From Octopus vulgaris (lineage: Eukaryota), in the NCBI GenBank assembly GCA_951406725.2, contig OX597829.1, positions 51,460,001-51,524,000 on the forward strand: DNA of 64,000 nt. The letters run 5' to 3'. Below are positions 14,136-27,607 of this stretch, piece by piece. The position numbers and the translations under genes were made by a program. Position 1 is the first letter of the stretch. Every line of letters begins with the position of its first letter. The notes under the pieces are model-generated. The model saw only the letters and a list, made by a program, of their open reading frames with translations. It did no database searches and was not told where the DNA came from.

Positions 14136-14790
14136 TTACAAATGTTTACTAAGTGGAAGACTAGATACTACCCCATATTTATTTAAAATTTCAAATCTCC
14201 CACATAAACGACGATTAAAAGTTTTAACCAATTTACCATATCTGTACCCTTGTTTTAGTAAATGTCTTAACAATTTATTTATTCTATCCAAAAATTTATT
14301 AGCATTATCAATTAATGGCACGTAAAAAGCACCATCCGAATCGTGGCCGAAGCCAGTGCCGCCTCGACTGGCTTCCGTGCCGGTGGCACGTAAAATGCAC
14401 CAATCCGACCGTGGCCGATGCCAGCCTCGCCTGACACCAGTGCAGGTGGCACGTAAAAAGCACCCACTACACTCACGGAGTGGTTGGTGTTAGGAAGGGC
14501 ATCCAGCTGTAGAAACATTGCCAGATAAGACCGGAGCCTGGTGCAGCCTTCTGGCTTCCCAGATCCCCAGGTCGAACCGTCCAACCCATGCTAGCATGGA
14601 GAATGGACGTTAAACGATGATGACGATGATGATGATCTGACAATTTGCCCTCCAAAAAAACCATAAGCTATAAAAGAAGGAATTCTACAACTGAACAATG
14701 GCACTGAAGCCACTTGGAAACCAAAATCTTCTGTTTTATTATAAATGCCAGTACATATTTCATTATTATCCTTAATTACTAAACTGACAA
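14136..14790 (-). pseudogene. Penelope-like RT C-terminal fragment interrupted by a family C element (14316-14637)
   Basis: TGIYNKTEDFGFQVASVPLFSCRIPSFIAYGFFGGQIVR|insert|LIDNANKFLDRINKLLRHLLKQGYRYGKL corresponds to the PLE motif YDKrdDF.F...SnIP...AYGv..sQL.R...LlkQGy. Confidence 0.8.
14316..14637 (+). mobile_element. RTE-tail short element (family C)
   Basis: ggtggcacgtaaaaagcacc repeats plus the tail ending cgttaaacgatgatgac. Near-identical to 39728-40023. Confidence 0.85.
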
Positions 14791-15010
14791 CTAAATATAT
14801 ACATATACACACACACGCATACAAACACACCTTTGTCTAAATAATTGTACATCCATTTTTCAGTTTCAATTTGTGGTTCTTGGTGTTTTTCATTTTGAAG
14901 GATATCATTCAATTCTTTTTCTGCCCTTTTGTGCAAATTATTTTCTTCTTTCTTGCTACTTTTCTTTTACATCCAAAGACTTTCAACATTGTTCTCATTT
15001 CAATATCCAA

Positions 15011-15627
15011 TATCTTTTACTTGTTTCAGTCATTATACTGTGGGGCACCACCTTGAAGGGTTTTAGTTGAACAAATCAATCCCAGTATATCTTTTATCTT
15101 TTACTTGTTTCACTCATTGGACTGTGGCCATGCTGGGGCACCATCTTGAAGGGTTTTAGTTGAACAAATCAATCCCAGTATATCTTTTATCTCTTACTTG
15201 TTTCACTCATAGGACTGTGGCCATGCTGGGGCACCACCTTGAAGGGTTTTAGTTGAACAAATCAATCCCAGTATATCTTTTATCTTTTACTTGTTTCAGT
15301 CATTGGGCTGTGGCCATGCTGGGGCACCACCTTGAAGGGTTTTAGTTGAACAAATCAATCCCAGTATATCTTTTATCTCTTACTTGTTTCAGTCATTGGA
15401 CTGTGTCCATGCTGGGGCACCATCTTGAAGGGTTTTAGTTGAACAAATCAATCCCAGTATATCTTTTATCTTTTACTTGTTTCAGTCATTGGACTGTGTC
15501 CATGGTGGGGCACCATCTTGAAGGGTTTTAGTTGAACAAATCAATCCCAGTATATCTTTTATCTTTTACTTGTTTCAGTCATTGGACTGTGGCCATGCTG
15601 GGGCACCACCTTCAAGGGTTTTAGTTG
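15011..15627 (-). repeat. Tandem array (~7 units) of the 93-bp SINE-A 3' tail
   Basis: atcccagtat at 15079, 15172, 15265, 15358, 15451 and 15544 (period 93). The array joins the SINE-A body at 15630-15940. Confidence 0.95.
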
Positions 15628-15629
15628 AG

Positions 15630-15940
15630 TTGAGTGAATTGATCCCAAGAATTTTCTTTTAAGCCTGGCACTTATTCTTTTGGTCTCTTTTGCCAAACCA
15701 CTAAGTTATGGGGACATAAACATACCAACACTGACTATCAAGCAGTGGTGGGGAACAGACAGACACACACACATATGTATACCACAGGTTTCTTTCAGTT
15801 TCCGTCTACCAAACCCATTCACAAGGCTTTGGTCAACCCAAGGCTATAGTAATAGAAGAAACTTACCCAAGGTGCCACACAGTAGAACTGAACCCGGAAC
15901 AATGTGATTGGGAAGCAAGCTTCTTAACACACAGTCATGC
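15630..15940 (-). mobile_element. SINE family A body (CpG-decayed)
   Basis: Reverse complement of the tRNA-like head gctgtgtgttaagaagcttgcttcc...ttccgggttcagt plus the CORE-like ggcaccttgggtaag. Confidence 0.8.
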
Positions 15941-18096
15941 ATTCATAATTTTCAACCTCTCTAACAATTGCAAGGCAATGTTTTAACAACTTCCCTCTTA
16001 GTTGCAGTCTCAAAACTTCAATTCCAGATCTCTTCTTCGCTCAGCAATGGTCTTCTTCAGATCACATCTTGATGATGATAATTATTACCAGTGGATGTAA
16101 ATCCATCAATATCTATTTTTTACCTCTTGTCAGCCGTATGGTAGAAAGTTTGCTTTTCAACCAAATACTTCCAGGTTCAGTCCCACTGTGTGGTTGCTTG
16201 GGCAAATGTCTTCTATTGTAGCCCTGAGCCAACCAAAGCCTTGTATGTGGACTTGGTGAATGAAAACTGAAAGAAAACCATTGTGTCTATATATATATGT
16301 ATGTATGTGTGTGTGTATGTCCTGCTCTGCCCCTCTGTCATACTCTAATCTCTCATAGCCTGGCACAAAACTACTCCTCCACTCAACTCAGTTGAAGGTT
16401 CTTGCCTTGCGAGTTACCTGGTGACCTCACTGATGCTGGTGCCATTTAAAAAGCAGCCAGTACAACCAGTAAAGTGGTAGGCATTAGAAAGTGCATCCAA
16501 TTGTAGAAATCATGCCAAATTAGACAGAAGAGCTTGGTGCTCTCTTTTGGCCTGTTCTTGTCAAACTATCCAACCCCATGCCAGCAGGGAAAATGGGCAA
16601 ACAGATGTTAAACAAAGATGATGATAATGTTAGAAAAAGCAAAATGAGAGAAAAGGAAAGTAGCAAAAAAGGACAACAGAGGGCTGAGAACTTTTCATAG
16701 GTCACTACATAAGAAAAACACTAAGAAAACAATTGAAGCTTTCTTTCTAGTTTTTGTATAAGTATTGTAAATGAGGAAATATAGAAGTAAGGTGTGGACA
16801 AATGTCTCATTAAAGCAGCTGACCTTCTGTGTGAAAATGGAAATAAACGATTATTGACAGAATAAGGAAATTATTGTTCAGGTGGATCGTTAACCAATGT
16901 ATTTCCTTCGTTAAAATTCATTATCTAGGATTCCTTCTTTTCCTTTAACACTAGTTAACACTGTTGGACTATTGAACAGTGACTAATAACTGCCTCTGTC
17001 TTTGATATTTAATACCTGAATTTTGCTTGCCCTGTTGTGGACTTTATGTATGATATGAATGTTATCATATTCCAAGTAAAATGGATGAAACAAGATTTCA
17101 GAATTTTGGACCTTGCTTCAAGACCTCAACTCTTGGATCCATAAATCAGAGTTATGACATACAGTATGTCTCAGGGACCTCTTAGACTTGGGGAAGCCCA
17201 TCCTTGACCAGGTCTTACTTCTGGAGAGTACCCAAGGTCCAACCACTCTTTTGTTCCAGAAAACGAGACACTGACAAAGAAAGAATGAGAACAACAGAAG
17301 AATGTATATGATGATGATCATCATCATCATCATTTAACATCTGCCTTCCATACTAGCATGGGTGTGATGGTACCTCAAGAGCTAGCCAGACCAAAGCCTA
17401 CACCAGACTTGTGTGACTGTTTTGGCAGGATTTTTACAGCTGGACACTCGTCCTAACACCAACTGCTTTACAGTGAGGACTGGATGCTTTTTTTAAGGTA
17501 CATGCAAGACAAAAACTTTTAAGATGGGAGGAAGCATTGGAGTAGGTAATGATGAAAAGGTTATAGTGAGGCAGATATAGGTGTCTTGCTGAAGATGAAG
17601 TACAAGGTTACCTGGCCGGAGAGAGAGAGAAAGATCAGGAATGAAGACAGAAACAGGTGTGCTACCACAAAGAAAATTCACGGTTGCCCAACCTGAGGGA
17701 AGTGCAGGAGGAGAAAGAAAATGGGAGACCATAGGATAGAGATGGAGGCAAAATGCTGGACATGCTCATGAGGAATGGGGATCAGAGTATAAATGAGATG
17801 GTTGAGTGAAGGAAGAGAGACATATAGATGGTGGCAAGTGCCAGGGCATACCCTTGAGGTGTAAATACCATAACAGACTAGCATCCCATCCAAAGAGATA
17901 TGTTGTTGGTTATTTATATGCCATGGAAACTGGGCATCTAGCCTTAAGAGACCTTGGACCCTAGATAGTAATATCTAGAGGTTGATGATGATGATAAGGA
18001 TAATGGAGGAGAAGAATTTACACTCTCCTTGCTCAAGGTACACAAACTTAATTTTATTTCCCACTCCTCACAGCAAATTATTAGCTTTATTAATAA

Positions 18097-18496
18097 CTAG
18101 CAGCATAGCCCGGCGTTGCCCCGGTATGTAAGAGCCCCTAGTAGGCAACGACTAATCCCAATCTAGTTCTTTCCTTCTAGGGAACGAAGGCGCATGTGTA
18201 GGTTGCAATGTCTTCTCTTCACTCGAATACTTCTATGTATACGATGTTCCTAGCTGTCTCCCGACAGAAAATGTGTTGCATATAAAAAGCTTAGATTCTC
18301 AACCCCATGTCGAATTTATCGATTTTTTTCAGAACTGGGGGAACCTTTCAAAATTTTCGCTGCGTTAGTTTTGAATTATGACATTGGGCTATGTGTGTGT
18401 CAAGTTTCATCAGAATCGGTTGAAAGCCGTGGTCAGGGTGAGGGTACAACCTGACAGCCACACAGACAGACAAACTGCCGTTTATATAGAGAGAGA
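18097..18496 (-). mobile_element. Non-autonomous Helitron (second subfamily)
   Basis: CTAG plus cccggcgttgccccgg hairpin at the left end; cagacagacaaactgccgtttatatagagagaga(t) at the right end. Confidence 0.75.
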
Positions 18497-19008
18497 TAAT
18501 AATAATGAAATTATTGTATACAGTGCTCAGGTACACCACAACTTGTCAAAAGTGTGTATAAAGCATATGCAGTAATGTACAAATGTCTGGGAAGTGAATT
18601 TCTATCTATTACATCATACCAAACTTTTGGTCTCTTCATGTAATGTGAAGACCCTAACATATCTGTTTCTGCCTTATTAGCCCAAATTTTATTAATATCA
18701 TGAATCTCAGGTCTGTCATGGGTTATACATACATTTAGACCAGAGTTTATTTCTGTTTCCATTGCATAGAAGCAACTGAAAATACAAATTCATTCACCCT
18801 TATGCAGGATGCCGGACTGGACCTGCCACGTGGTTAAACCCCACACCACCACCATCACCAGCTGTTGCTGATACTCATTTTCAAGTGAGTGGACTGAAGC
18901 AATGTGTTTTCCAGAAAACACAACATACTGCCGGGTCTTGGAATCAAAACTAGAACCTTGCAACTGTGAATCCAACATCTGATCCACTGGCCAATTAATA
19001 TTTTTTAA

Positions 19009-19473
19009 CCCTTTTGATACCAACCGACCAAAAACTGCCTCTGGCTCTGTAGTACAAATATCTTGTTTTCATAAGTTTTGAATTAAAATCTTCCACCAGA
19101 CCTTAGTCACAATTTATGTTCCTAACATTAGCTTAATGATAACTATTTTACTAAATTCCTTGTTATATTTAAAGTAATTGAAAGAAACACAGAGTATCTC
19201 AACAGAAATATGGTAATGAAAGGGTTAAAATATATAATAAACAATTTTTAACCCTTTCATTACCAACCTGGCTGAAACCACTTCTGGCTCTGTAATACAA
19301 ATGCCTTGTTTTCATAAGTTTTGAATTAAAATCTTCCACCAAACTTTAGTCACAATTTATGTTCTTAACACTAGCTTAATGATGACTAAGTCATTTTACT
19401 AAATTCTTTGTTATATTTAAAATTAATTGAAAGAAACACAGAGCATCTCAACAGAAATATGGCAACAAAAGGG
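19009..19473 (+). mobile_element. Two tandem piggyBac-type MITEs (19009-19224 and 19252-19473)
   Basis: TTAA|CCCTTT ... AAAGGG|TTAA termini. Homologous ~220-bp copies also occur at 31792-32012 and ~50030-50240. Confidence 0.8.
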
Positions 19474-20329
19474 TTATGCAAGATTTTTTTACTATAAATT
19501 CACAAAGTGTCTATTAACTTCTGTGAAAATGTTAGGAAGGGTAGTAAATGCAAGGAAGCATATTTGCATAAATTATATAAGTTCTATATGACAGCTATAA
19601 GTTGAAGCAAACTCAAGCTTGCTTCCCAACCACATGGTCCAGGGTTCAATTTTATGGAGCTTAGCTATTTTGAATAGGGTTATAACTTATTGTATTTTGT
19701 TTTGTCTTTTACTTTTACTGGTTTAGTCATTAAAATGTGGCCATTGAAGAATAATTCTTGATGAAATTAATTAACCCCAGTACTTGCTTTTTGTTTTAAG
19801 CCTGATACCTATTCTATCAGCATCTTTTGCTAAATTGCTGGGTTACAGGGACATAAACACACCAAAACCAGCTGACAAGTGGTGGGGAACAAACACACAC
19901 ACACAACAAGCTTCTTTCAGTTTCTGTCAACCAAATTCACTTACAAGGCTTTGGTTTGCCTGATGCTCTAGTAGCAGACACTTGCCCAAGGGGCCATATA
20001 GTGGGACTGAACCCTGAACCTGTGGTTGGGAAGCTTCTTTCAGTTTCTGTCTACCAAATCCACTCACAAGGCTTTGGTCGGCCTGGGGCTATATTAGAAG
20101 AAACTTGCCCGAGGTACCATGCTGTGGGACTGAACCCGGAACCATATAGTTGGGAATAAGTTTGCTTCTACCTATAGTTGTCATAATAGTGTATATAGAC
20201 ATTGCACACACACACACACAAAGGACTAGAACAACTTGTGCCATTTACTCACTTTACGCCATTAATATTATTTAACATTTACATGTTAAAATGATGTTAA
20301 GAGAGTAATGATATTGTAAACTAAAATGC

Positions 20330-21110
20330 CTTGGTCACTTCCTTTGTAGCACAAACATGTTCTTGGGTGGCTTATAACATAACTCTGTCCAGTTTTATTG
20401 TAGCGAGAAAAGACAATATTGTCTTTAAAGATTGGAAGCTATAGCATCGTTCAACATGCTGCTGACATTTCGTTTTACATAACCATACTTTGTTGCAATC
20501 TCATTGTCTGAAAATATCTTTGTCAGCAATTTTCATAGAAATGCTAAGCTGAGCCATAAACATTGCATATTTGACCTCCATCTGAAAGAATTATAATCAG
20601 AACACTAATGTCAATTGAAGATTCCTTTAATGCTTCAACATTCTGATTATTCTGTCACATTGTTTTGCATTAATCATACATTATTTTGTAGCTTTCTGAT
20701 TTCAGTGATGTGATTGTATTATTTTTAGAACGACATTGTAAGGTAGATATGAGAGGCTGGATCTGACTTGTTTAAACATAAAACAGTTAGAATATTTACG
20801 CTGGATTGGAACAATTCAAATGCTGAAGGATTAAATGTTTCATACTCACAAACAGTGACATTTATTGTATTTTACCTTGGTCAAGTTATTATTGTGTCTA
20901 AATCAGACATAATCCTCCTCTATGTTGCAGTAATTCTTTCGGTGCAACTTTGTGACATTATAGCAAATGATATCCTTCTGCCTTCATGGAAGAATATGAA
21001 TGAAATTCTGTTCTACTGTCTTCTTTGAATTGAATTTCATACCTGCTTTTCTTGATGCAGGATTTGTGAAAGCCAGCTTCTGCTTCTTGGCTGCCAGGGA
21101 TTTATTCATT
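20330..21110 (-). pseudogene. Degenerate hAT transposase N-terminal region (ZNF862/KIAA1586-like) interrupted by a TTAA MITE (~20620-20833)
   Basis: EVKYAMFMAQLSISMKIADK/DIFSDNEIATKYGYVKRNVSSMLNDAIA resembles the hAT motif aE.kfa.f.a....D...iFpDS.iA.k..c.RTK...ln.a. The upstream KSRYEIQFKED...C.KV...HrGG resembles the N-terminal zinc finger. Stops and frameshifts are present. Confidence 0.6.
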
Positions 21111-22726
21111 GTTTGGTCACATATCATATGCCCACAAATATAATGTGATTAGCTATATATTAAAAACAGGCTGTGTTTAAGATTGTTAACAGCAAAACTT
21201 TTTTCTTATACACTTTTGAATGAGTCTAAAGATAGTCAGAATCAAAAACTGTGGCATGAAATTCTGCCTGTGATACTTTAGAAAGAGAACTGTGATAAAA
21301 TATTGTAAATTCTAAAATGTGGGTATTTTCAATGAAATGCGTGAAAAGAGAATGCTTTAAATTTCCACATTGTGAGGGAAGGTGGACAAGTCTGCCTTTG
21401 GGTTTCTGAACACCTAAGCATTTGAATGAGGTGAAATTAATATTGAAACAGCATTTGAGTTCAAGTCTGTCAACACAATGCAAAACAGCTTCAAAAGAGA
21501 AAAGACTTTCTCTATATAACAATATGGTTATTTTTTTTTTTTGGTTATTCATGTGTGTGTGTGTTTCTGTATGTCTTTCAATATAGAGACTACACAACAC
21601 AGATTTCACTATAATGACAGGTTGTTGTTATTGTTGTTTTTGTTGAGAGAGAAATCCAGTGAGAGTGTATGTGTGAAAGATAGAATTAAAATTTGTTTCA
21701 AGAAAAAAACAGGTTGATGTTGAGAGAGAGAGAGATTGTGTGTGTGTGTGTGTATGTAGGATAAATAGGTGTATAACAGTTTACTTTTAAAAGAAAGTAC
21801 GTGAATGGTTAACAAATATTTTTACTAGCAGCGTAGCAACAGGTAAAGATCTAGTCACTATAATAATTGTCAAATCTACCTATAACTTGTGCTTTGGTTT
21901 GGTTTGTAACGAGGTGTGTTATAGAGTTGTTTGCCATTTGTAAGATAAAAGAAGTACAGTGATCAAAGATGATGTTGACTTCAAATTTATTTATTTACAG
22001 TTACTTAATATAATGCCATACCTCGATGGGCAGGTGTGATATAATTGAAAGAGCATGTGAGGTTAAGAAAGTTAATTTCGGCCCGTATGTGAGTACATAT
22101 TCATATTGTAGTAGCAAACCATAGATAGTGACAGAATGTTGTAAAAGAAAAGAAAGTGAGCTAATGAAAGTTATAGAGTCAAGGGAAGTTGTGTCTCATA
22201 ATTTGCTGATTGTAACCTTCTTATTCTTCCTCTGGCCGTTTGTCTTTAGTGCCTGCCTGTTTGTGGCCATATCTCTAGTTGGTCTCTGTTCACCAACTGA
22301 TTTTGCCTTACCAAATTCTAGTATTTAAAATTATGCAAAACCAGCTAGAAGGATAGACATATTGGTGAGAACAAAAGATTTTGTTGGGGGGTCTGTTATC
22401 TCTATTCTAGCTTTTGGTGAAGTAGAAGAGATTAGAAAGGTCAACTGGCAAAGACATTATTCTGCTTAGCAAAGGCATCTGGTAAATGTAACTGCTGTCA
22501 CTCACAGGAAAGCTATTGCTTTATTGTGAGAAATGTACTATTGAACCTGTTAAGTAAAATTTGGCGATTGAGGATTGAATCTACGCCATGCCTGCATGAA
22601 GCCACTACAGGTTCATAATTTCCTCCACTTTCTCTTGTGCTCTCCTGCATATAAATATGTATGTCTGTATGTATGTATGTATGATTTTATATCCTCTGTT
22701 TTCTTATTTGCTGTATGTATATAAAC

Positions 22727-23037
22727 AATTGCAGCATGGAAGGTGTTTGTAAGCCATTTAAGAAACACACAAAAGCCATTCGATTCACTTCAACATTTAA
22801 GTTTAATTTGTCAAAATATTTACGTTGCTTTAAGACCGCGACCTGTTCACTGACAAAAATCTGTGCTGCATCTTAAAGTGACAAAAATATTTTGACAAAT
22901 TAAACTTAAATGTTGAAGTGAATCGAATGGCTTTTGTGTGTTTTTTAAATGGCTTACAAACACCTTCCACGCTGCAATTGTTTTCGTTTCAGCACACGAT
23001 CTCAGATCAAATCACTTGCTATGCGAGTACATCTCTG
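22727..23037. repeat. Long fold-back (palindromic) repeat element, copy 1
   Basis: ~95-bp inverted arms (attgcagcatggaaggtg...caccttccacgctgcaat) plus a unique tail. The second copy is at 45711-46029. Confidence 0.9.
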
Positions 23038-23179
23038 TATGTGTGTGTATATATATATATATACACACACACATATACTAAATATATAAAAAAACGAAGA
23101 ACAAACACAAGAAAAAAATAATGTGAGAACGTGGTACATGCAAAGTATTAGCAGATGCTCAATGAAGGAAAGAAAAGTA

Positions 23180-23214
23180 GTTTTACATTTTGAGCAAAGC
23201 TCTTCATCAGAAAT
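23180..23214 (-). ncRNA. Minimal type I hammerhead ribozyme (decayed, GAAA>AAAA)
   Basis: attt-CTGATGA-a-gagc-ttt-gctc-aaaa-tg-t-a-aaac, inside the ~200-bp repeat at 23077-23268. Confidence 0.6.
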
Positions 23215-23479
23215 AGGAGATGGGGGGGAAAGTCCAAAAGGAAAGGAGGACAGAGGAAAAAAAATCACGACTGGCTTCTTTCAGTTTCTGTCAACCAAAT
23301 CCACTCACAAGGCTTAAGTTGGCCTGAAGACATTTGCCCAAGGTGCCATACACTGGGAATGAACCAGGAACCATGTAACTGAGAAACAAACTTCTTACTA
23401 CACAGCCAGCCTTTGTATGTGAAGAAATTGTTTTATTCAGTAACTTAAAACAATGGAACAAAATACATTAAGTCTTTTA

Positions 23480-25375
23480 TTATTGTGACCTTTTTTTACT
23501 TCAACAAAATTTCTTCATAGTTTGTTCTTGTCTCTTTTAGAACTTGAATCTTTCTTTCAGATTTACATCTCAAATTAGATCATACATCCAGGTAGTCCTC
23601 ACTATTAGCAGTGTGCTCATTTATTTAGCTGAACGCATCAGTTTTATTATTGATTTTGTAAGAAGGGCCAAATCACCTAAAAGTTTTTCTATTTTGTCAG
23701 AAATCTTATACATCATCATCATCGTCGTCGTTTAACATCCGCTTTCCATGCTGGCATGAGTTGGACGGTTTGACTGAGGACTGGCAAGCCAGAAGGCTGC
23801 ACCTGGCTCCAATCTGATCTGGCAAAGTTTCTACAGCTGGATGCCCTTCCAAATGCCAACCAGTCCGAGAGTGTAGTGGGTGCTTTTACATGCCACCGGC
23901 ACGAGGATCAGTCAGGCAGTACTGGCAACGACCACATTCAAATGGTGTTTTTTTACGTGCCACCTGCAGAGGAGCCAGTCTGGCGGCACTGGCAACGACC
24001 ACACTCAAATGTTTTTCACGTGCCAGTAAGGCAACGCTGGCAATGATAAAGCTCAAATTGTGTTTTTTATGTGTCACCAGCACGGGAGCCAGTCAGCGGC
24101 CCTGGCAACGATCACACTCAGATGGGGCTTTTAACGTTCCACTGGCACGGATGCCAGTAAGGCAACGCTGGCAATGATAAAGCTCAAATGGTGTTTTTTA
24201 TGTGTCACCAGCACGGGTGCCAGTCAGCGGCCCTGGTAACCATTATACTCAGATGGTGCTTTTAATGTTCCACTGGCACGGTTGCCAATCGTCTGTATAA
24301 TTTCAGTAAGAAAAGAAATAAACTTTCTTTCTGTCTTTATACAGTCAACTAATATTTCTGAAGTATAACATTTTTCACTCAATGTTGCTATGTCAGTGAG
24401 TTCTAAGCTTAATCCAGTGTGATATGATATGTCCAAATATCAAGCAGCTCAGCAACACCATACTTTCAGTGGAAAGCCATCTTGTTTGACGGTCTGATGG
24501 AATTGTCTGTGATTTTCCTTCATGTATAGCTTCATCTAAGATTTTTATGCTATTGATAAATAAATCACTTGCATGTTTCAGAGATAAGGAATACCAGATT
24601 TCAGATGGGGGGTAAATAGAATCAACTGGGGCATTACGATAAGTGATGGATTCTCTTTCTTGAATTTCTGATAAAAACCATTATTTTATGCAAGCCATCA
24701 GACTTGTGCTGTCAGCGCCAACAGCCTTCAAGCTTAGTAACATCGGTTTTTTAAAATTCATTCTTTAACGCTTCAGTAATATCCACTCGCATTACATACA
24801 TCAAGCTCTACAATATCAAAAGTTGAAACTACTTTTTCCCTAATTATGATTGAAATAAATTACCAGCAAATATCAAGTATTTTATATATACAGATGTCAT
24901 TTGACTTGTCTAAAACGCAGGGGGTATTTACTATTACATATAACTATGAAATCATTTTCAAAATGAGGGATCAACTAAATATTTTTACTTGTAGGACTAC
25001 ATTTTCCATTTTGAAATAGTTTTACTATCTTTTGTATTCTTAAACATAACTGTTTCATGGTAGAAAAAGCTTTTAACATTAGAATTCCCTCTTCAAAATA
25101 CGATAATGCAACGTATATTTGCTTAACAAACTTTATCAAGCAATAGTTGTCCCTGTAATTTTAATGTTTGTTTTTGTTTATTATTATTATTTGTTTTTGT
25201 TTGTTATCGTGATAAATTAAATCACTAAACTTAACATTTATCTTGCCCTTTCACGCATAGCATTTCAGTTTCACTGAAACCATTATCTATTTCTTTTAAC
25301 ATGTCTTTAAACTCGGTTTTTAACTCATTGTCCTCTGAACTTTTGTTTATATTTCTTTACTTTCAGCATTAAGTG
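23480..25375 (-). pseudogene. Largely complete but decayed hAT transposase, interrupted by a family C element (23712-24290)
   Basis: Motifs in the correct order: MLKVKKYKQKFR (N-terminus), DIVELDVCNA, AVGADSTSLM..NNGFYQKFKKENPSLIVMP (catalytic-domain region), TIPSDRQTRWLSTE (TRWLS), SEKCYTSEIL, KLLGDL, EDYLD. Many stops and frameshifts. Confidence 0.8.
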
Positions 25376-25799
25376 TTAGAAAATTTGTGAATTACACAAC
25401 ACAAGGCAAAGGGATGTCAGATGCTAATGAGTTGCAGTTAAATCGTACCAAACTCGTTAACTACATGTAACGAATCTATTACACGCTTGTAACGAAGTCT
25501 GTCCTGTAACTGTGTGCATTTACTACAGAAAAGGAAATGATACGTTTTGCTTTGTACCTCATGAAATTGATTCGCTTTTCGTCGGACAAATTACAATTTC
25601 GCTTTTACATTTCTTATTCGTTTATTGTTTTTTACGCTTGACGTCTTCCTACTCTAATCACAGACACAGTAGCTCGAACTGCTAGGAATAGTACCCAAAT
25701 ATCCCTCAACAGATAGTACAGATCTACTTTTAACACTTTTTTTTTTGCAAACATTTACAAGAAAGATGTAATTTGTTTTCTTACTGAAATAAATTTTAA

Positions 25800-26020
25800 C
25801 CAATAAGAAGGCTCCAAAGTTATAATATATCACTGAAATAATTCTAACGGAACTTGTTCCATTATTCGATATTGGTTCTTAAAAATGGTAAGGTGGAACC
25901 AATCGATCGGCTGTTTGTTATAAGTTACACTTCTCCGAATAAAAAGTAAAGTCGCTTATCTACCGCTTTTTTCTTCCCTTCAAACATCTATATAAAAGGT
26001 TGAAACAAATATATTAGTGA
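25800..26020 (+). promoter_or_regulatory. Candidate core promoter region
   Basis: CCAAT at ~25800 and ~25899, TATAAAAG at 25991-25998, donor-like ATG|GTAAGG at 25888/9. The zone retains CpGs, unlike its flanks. Confidence 0.35.
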
Positions 26021-26341
26021 AAATAATTGCGATCTTGAAGCATATTTCCTTTCAGTCTCGCAAATGTCAGTTGTAATAATTCTCTGGCATAGAGCTTGGG
26101 AAACAATTGAAGGCAAAATTGCTATAACAATTTAAAGAATTGAAGAAAATAATGTTCATATAGCAAGGAGAATTTATGATATAAAAAAAGAGCGGAGTGG
26201 TTTGATCTAAGTTATTTAATGCTGATCTTTTTTAAAATCATTGAAAGTTACTTCAGTATTATTTTCCTTTCCATCTCTTTGTGAAATATAATGTTTTCTT
26301 TAAAAAAAAGGAATTAGTTGACTGCATGTGTATCATTTCAG

Positions 26342-26440
26342 GCGGAAATTCGGATACAATGACCGACCACAAACAGGCTCTGCGCCTGTTGATTGTGGTT
26401 GACGAGTCGAATCGAAAGTATAAAAAGCGGATCTATTTTG
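26342..26440 (+). CDS. Candidate first coding exon of an unknown gene (MTDHKQALRLLIVVDESNRKYKKRIYF)
   Basis: Acceptor tttcag|, ATG at 26359, GC/CpG-rich unique sequence, donor G|GTGAAA (phase 1, weak). Confidence 0.45.
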
Positions 26441-26545
26441 GTGAAAAGCGAAACTAGGCCAAAGCAAAAATATTTCTTTGCATTTTATTATATTTGCGTG
26501 CGCACGTATACACGCATGCACGCATACACACAACACATACTCTCT

Positions 26546-26572
26546 GTCTGTCTCTGTCTGTCTGTCTGTCTG

Positions 26573-26644
<72 letters not shown>

Positions 26645-26645
26645 C
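26546..26645. repeat. (TCTG)n/(TC)n microsatellite
   Basis: Directly visible. Confidence 0.95.
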
Positions 26646-26759
26646 CTCCTCCCTCCCTCTGTTGGTGCTGAAATTCCAATGAAGGTGCCTTGGATCTAGA
26701 TTAGATCTATTGGCAAGAAATCTTGAAATAAAACTGAATAATGACATACGCACACACAC

Positions 26760-27607
26760 AGGTGTGGTAAGAAGCTTGCTTCCTAACCATGTGGTTCCAA
26801 GTTCAGTCCCACTGTGTGGCACCTTGGGTGTCTTCTACTGTAGTCTTGGGCTAACCAAAGCCTTGGGAGTGGATTTGGTGTCCAGAAACTGAAAGAAGCC
26901 CATCGTGTGTGTATGTGTGTGAGTGTCTGTGTTTGTCTCCCCTGCCCCCATCACTGCTTGACAACCAATGTTGGTGTGTTTTTGTCTCCGTAACTTAGCT
27001 GTTCGGCAGAAAAGACTGACAGAGTAAGTACTAGGCTTAAAAAATAAGTGCTGGGATTGATTTATTCGACTAAAACCCTTCAAGGTGCTACTCCAGTATG
27101 GCCACAGTCAACTAACTGAAACAAGTAGAAAAATAAAAGAACACGCAAACACATACATATAAACAAACAAAAGTAAAATATAAAATCTCTTAGTATATCT
27201 GCAAAACAAATCTGTGTGGTAAGTAGCTTGCTTACCAACGACGTGGTTCCGGGTTCAGTCCCACTGCGTGGCAACTTGGGCTCGTGTCTTCTACAATAGC
27301 CTCAGGCTGACCAAAACTTTGAGTGGATTTGGTAGACGGACACTGAAAGAAGCCCATCGTATATATGTATATATGTGTTTGTGTGTGTGTGTGTGGGGGG
27401 GATATGTCAGTGTGTCTGTGTTTGTACCACCACCCTTGCTTGACAACTGATGTTGGTGTGTTTACATTCCCATAACTTAGCAGTTCGGCAAAAGAGACCA
27501 ATAGTATAAGTACTAGGTTTACAAAGAATAAATCCTGGGGTTGATTTGTTTGGCTAAAGGTGGTGCTCCAGCATGGCTGCAGTCAAATGACTGAAACAAA
27601 TAAAAGA
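26760..27607 (+). mobile_element. Two near-full-length SINE-A copies (26760-27135 and 27211-27607)
   Basis: A-box-like gtgtggtaag, B-box-like ggttcagtccc, CORE-like ccttggg and the 3' tail. Confidence 0.85.

Noticed and set aside
24224-24436. Host-gene exon (SYHTGLSLELTDIATLSEKCYTSEIL...)
   Set aside because: Better explained as part of the decayed hAT transposase.
27211-27270. tRNA genes
   Set aside because: The A/B-box-like segments are SINE heads that run into CORE-like bodies. I could not fold a complete cloverleaf.
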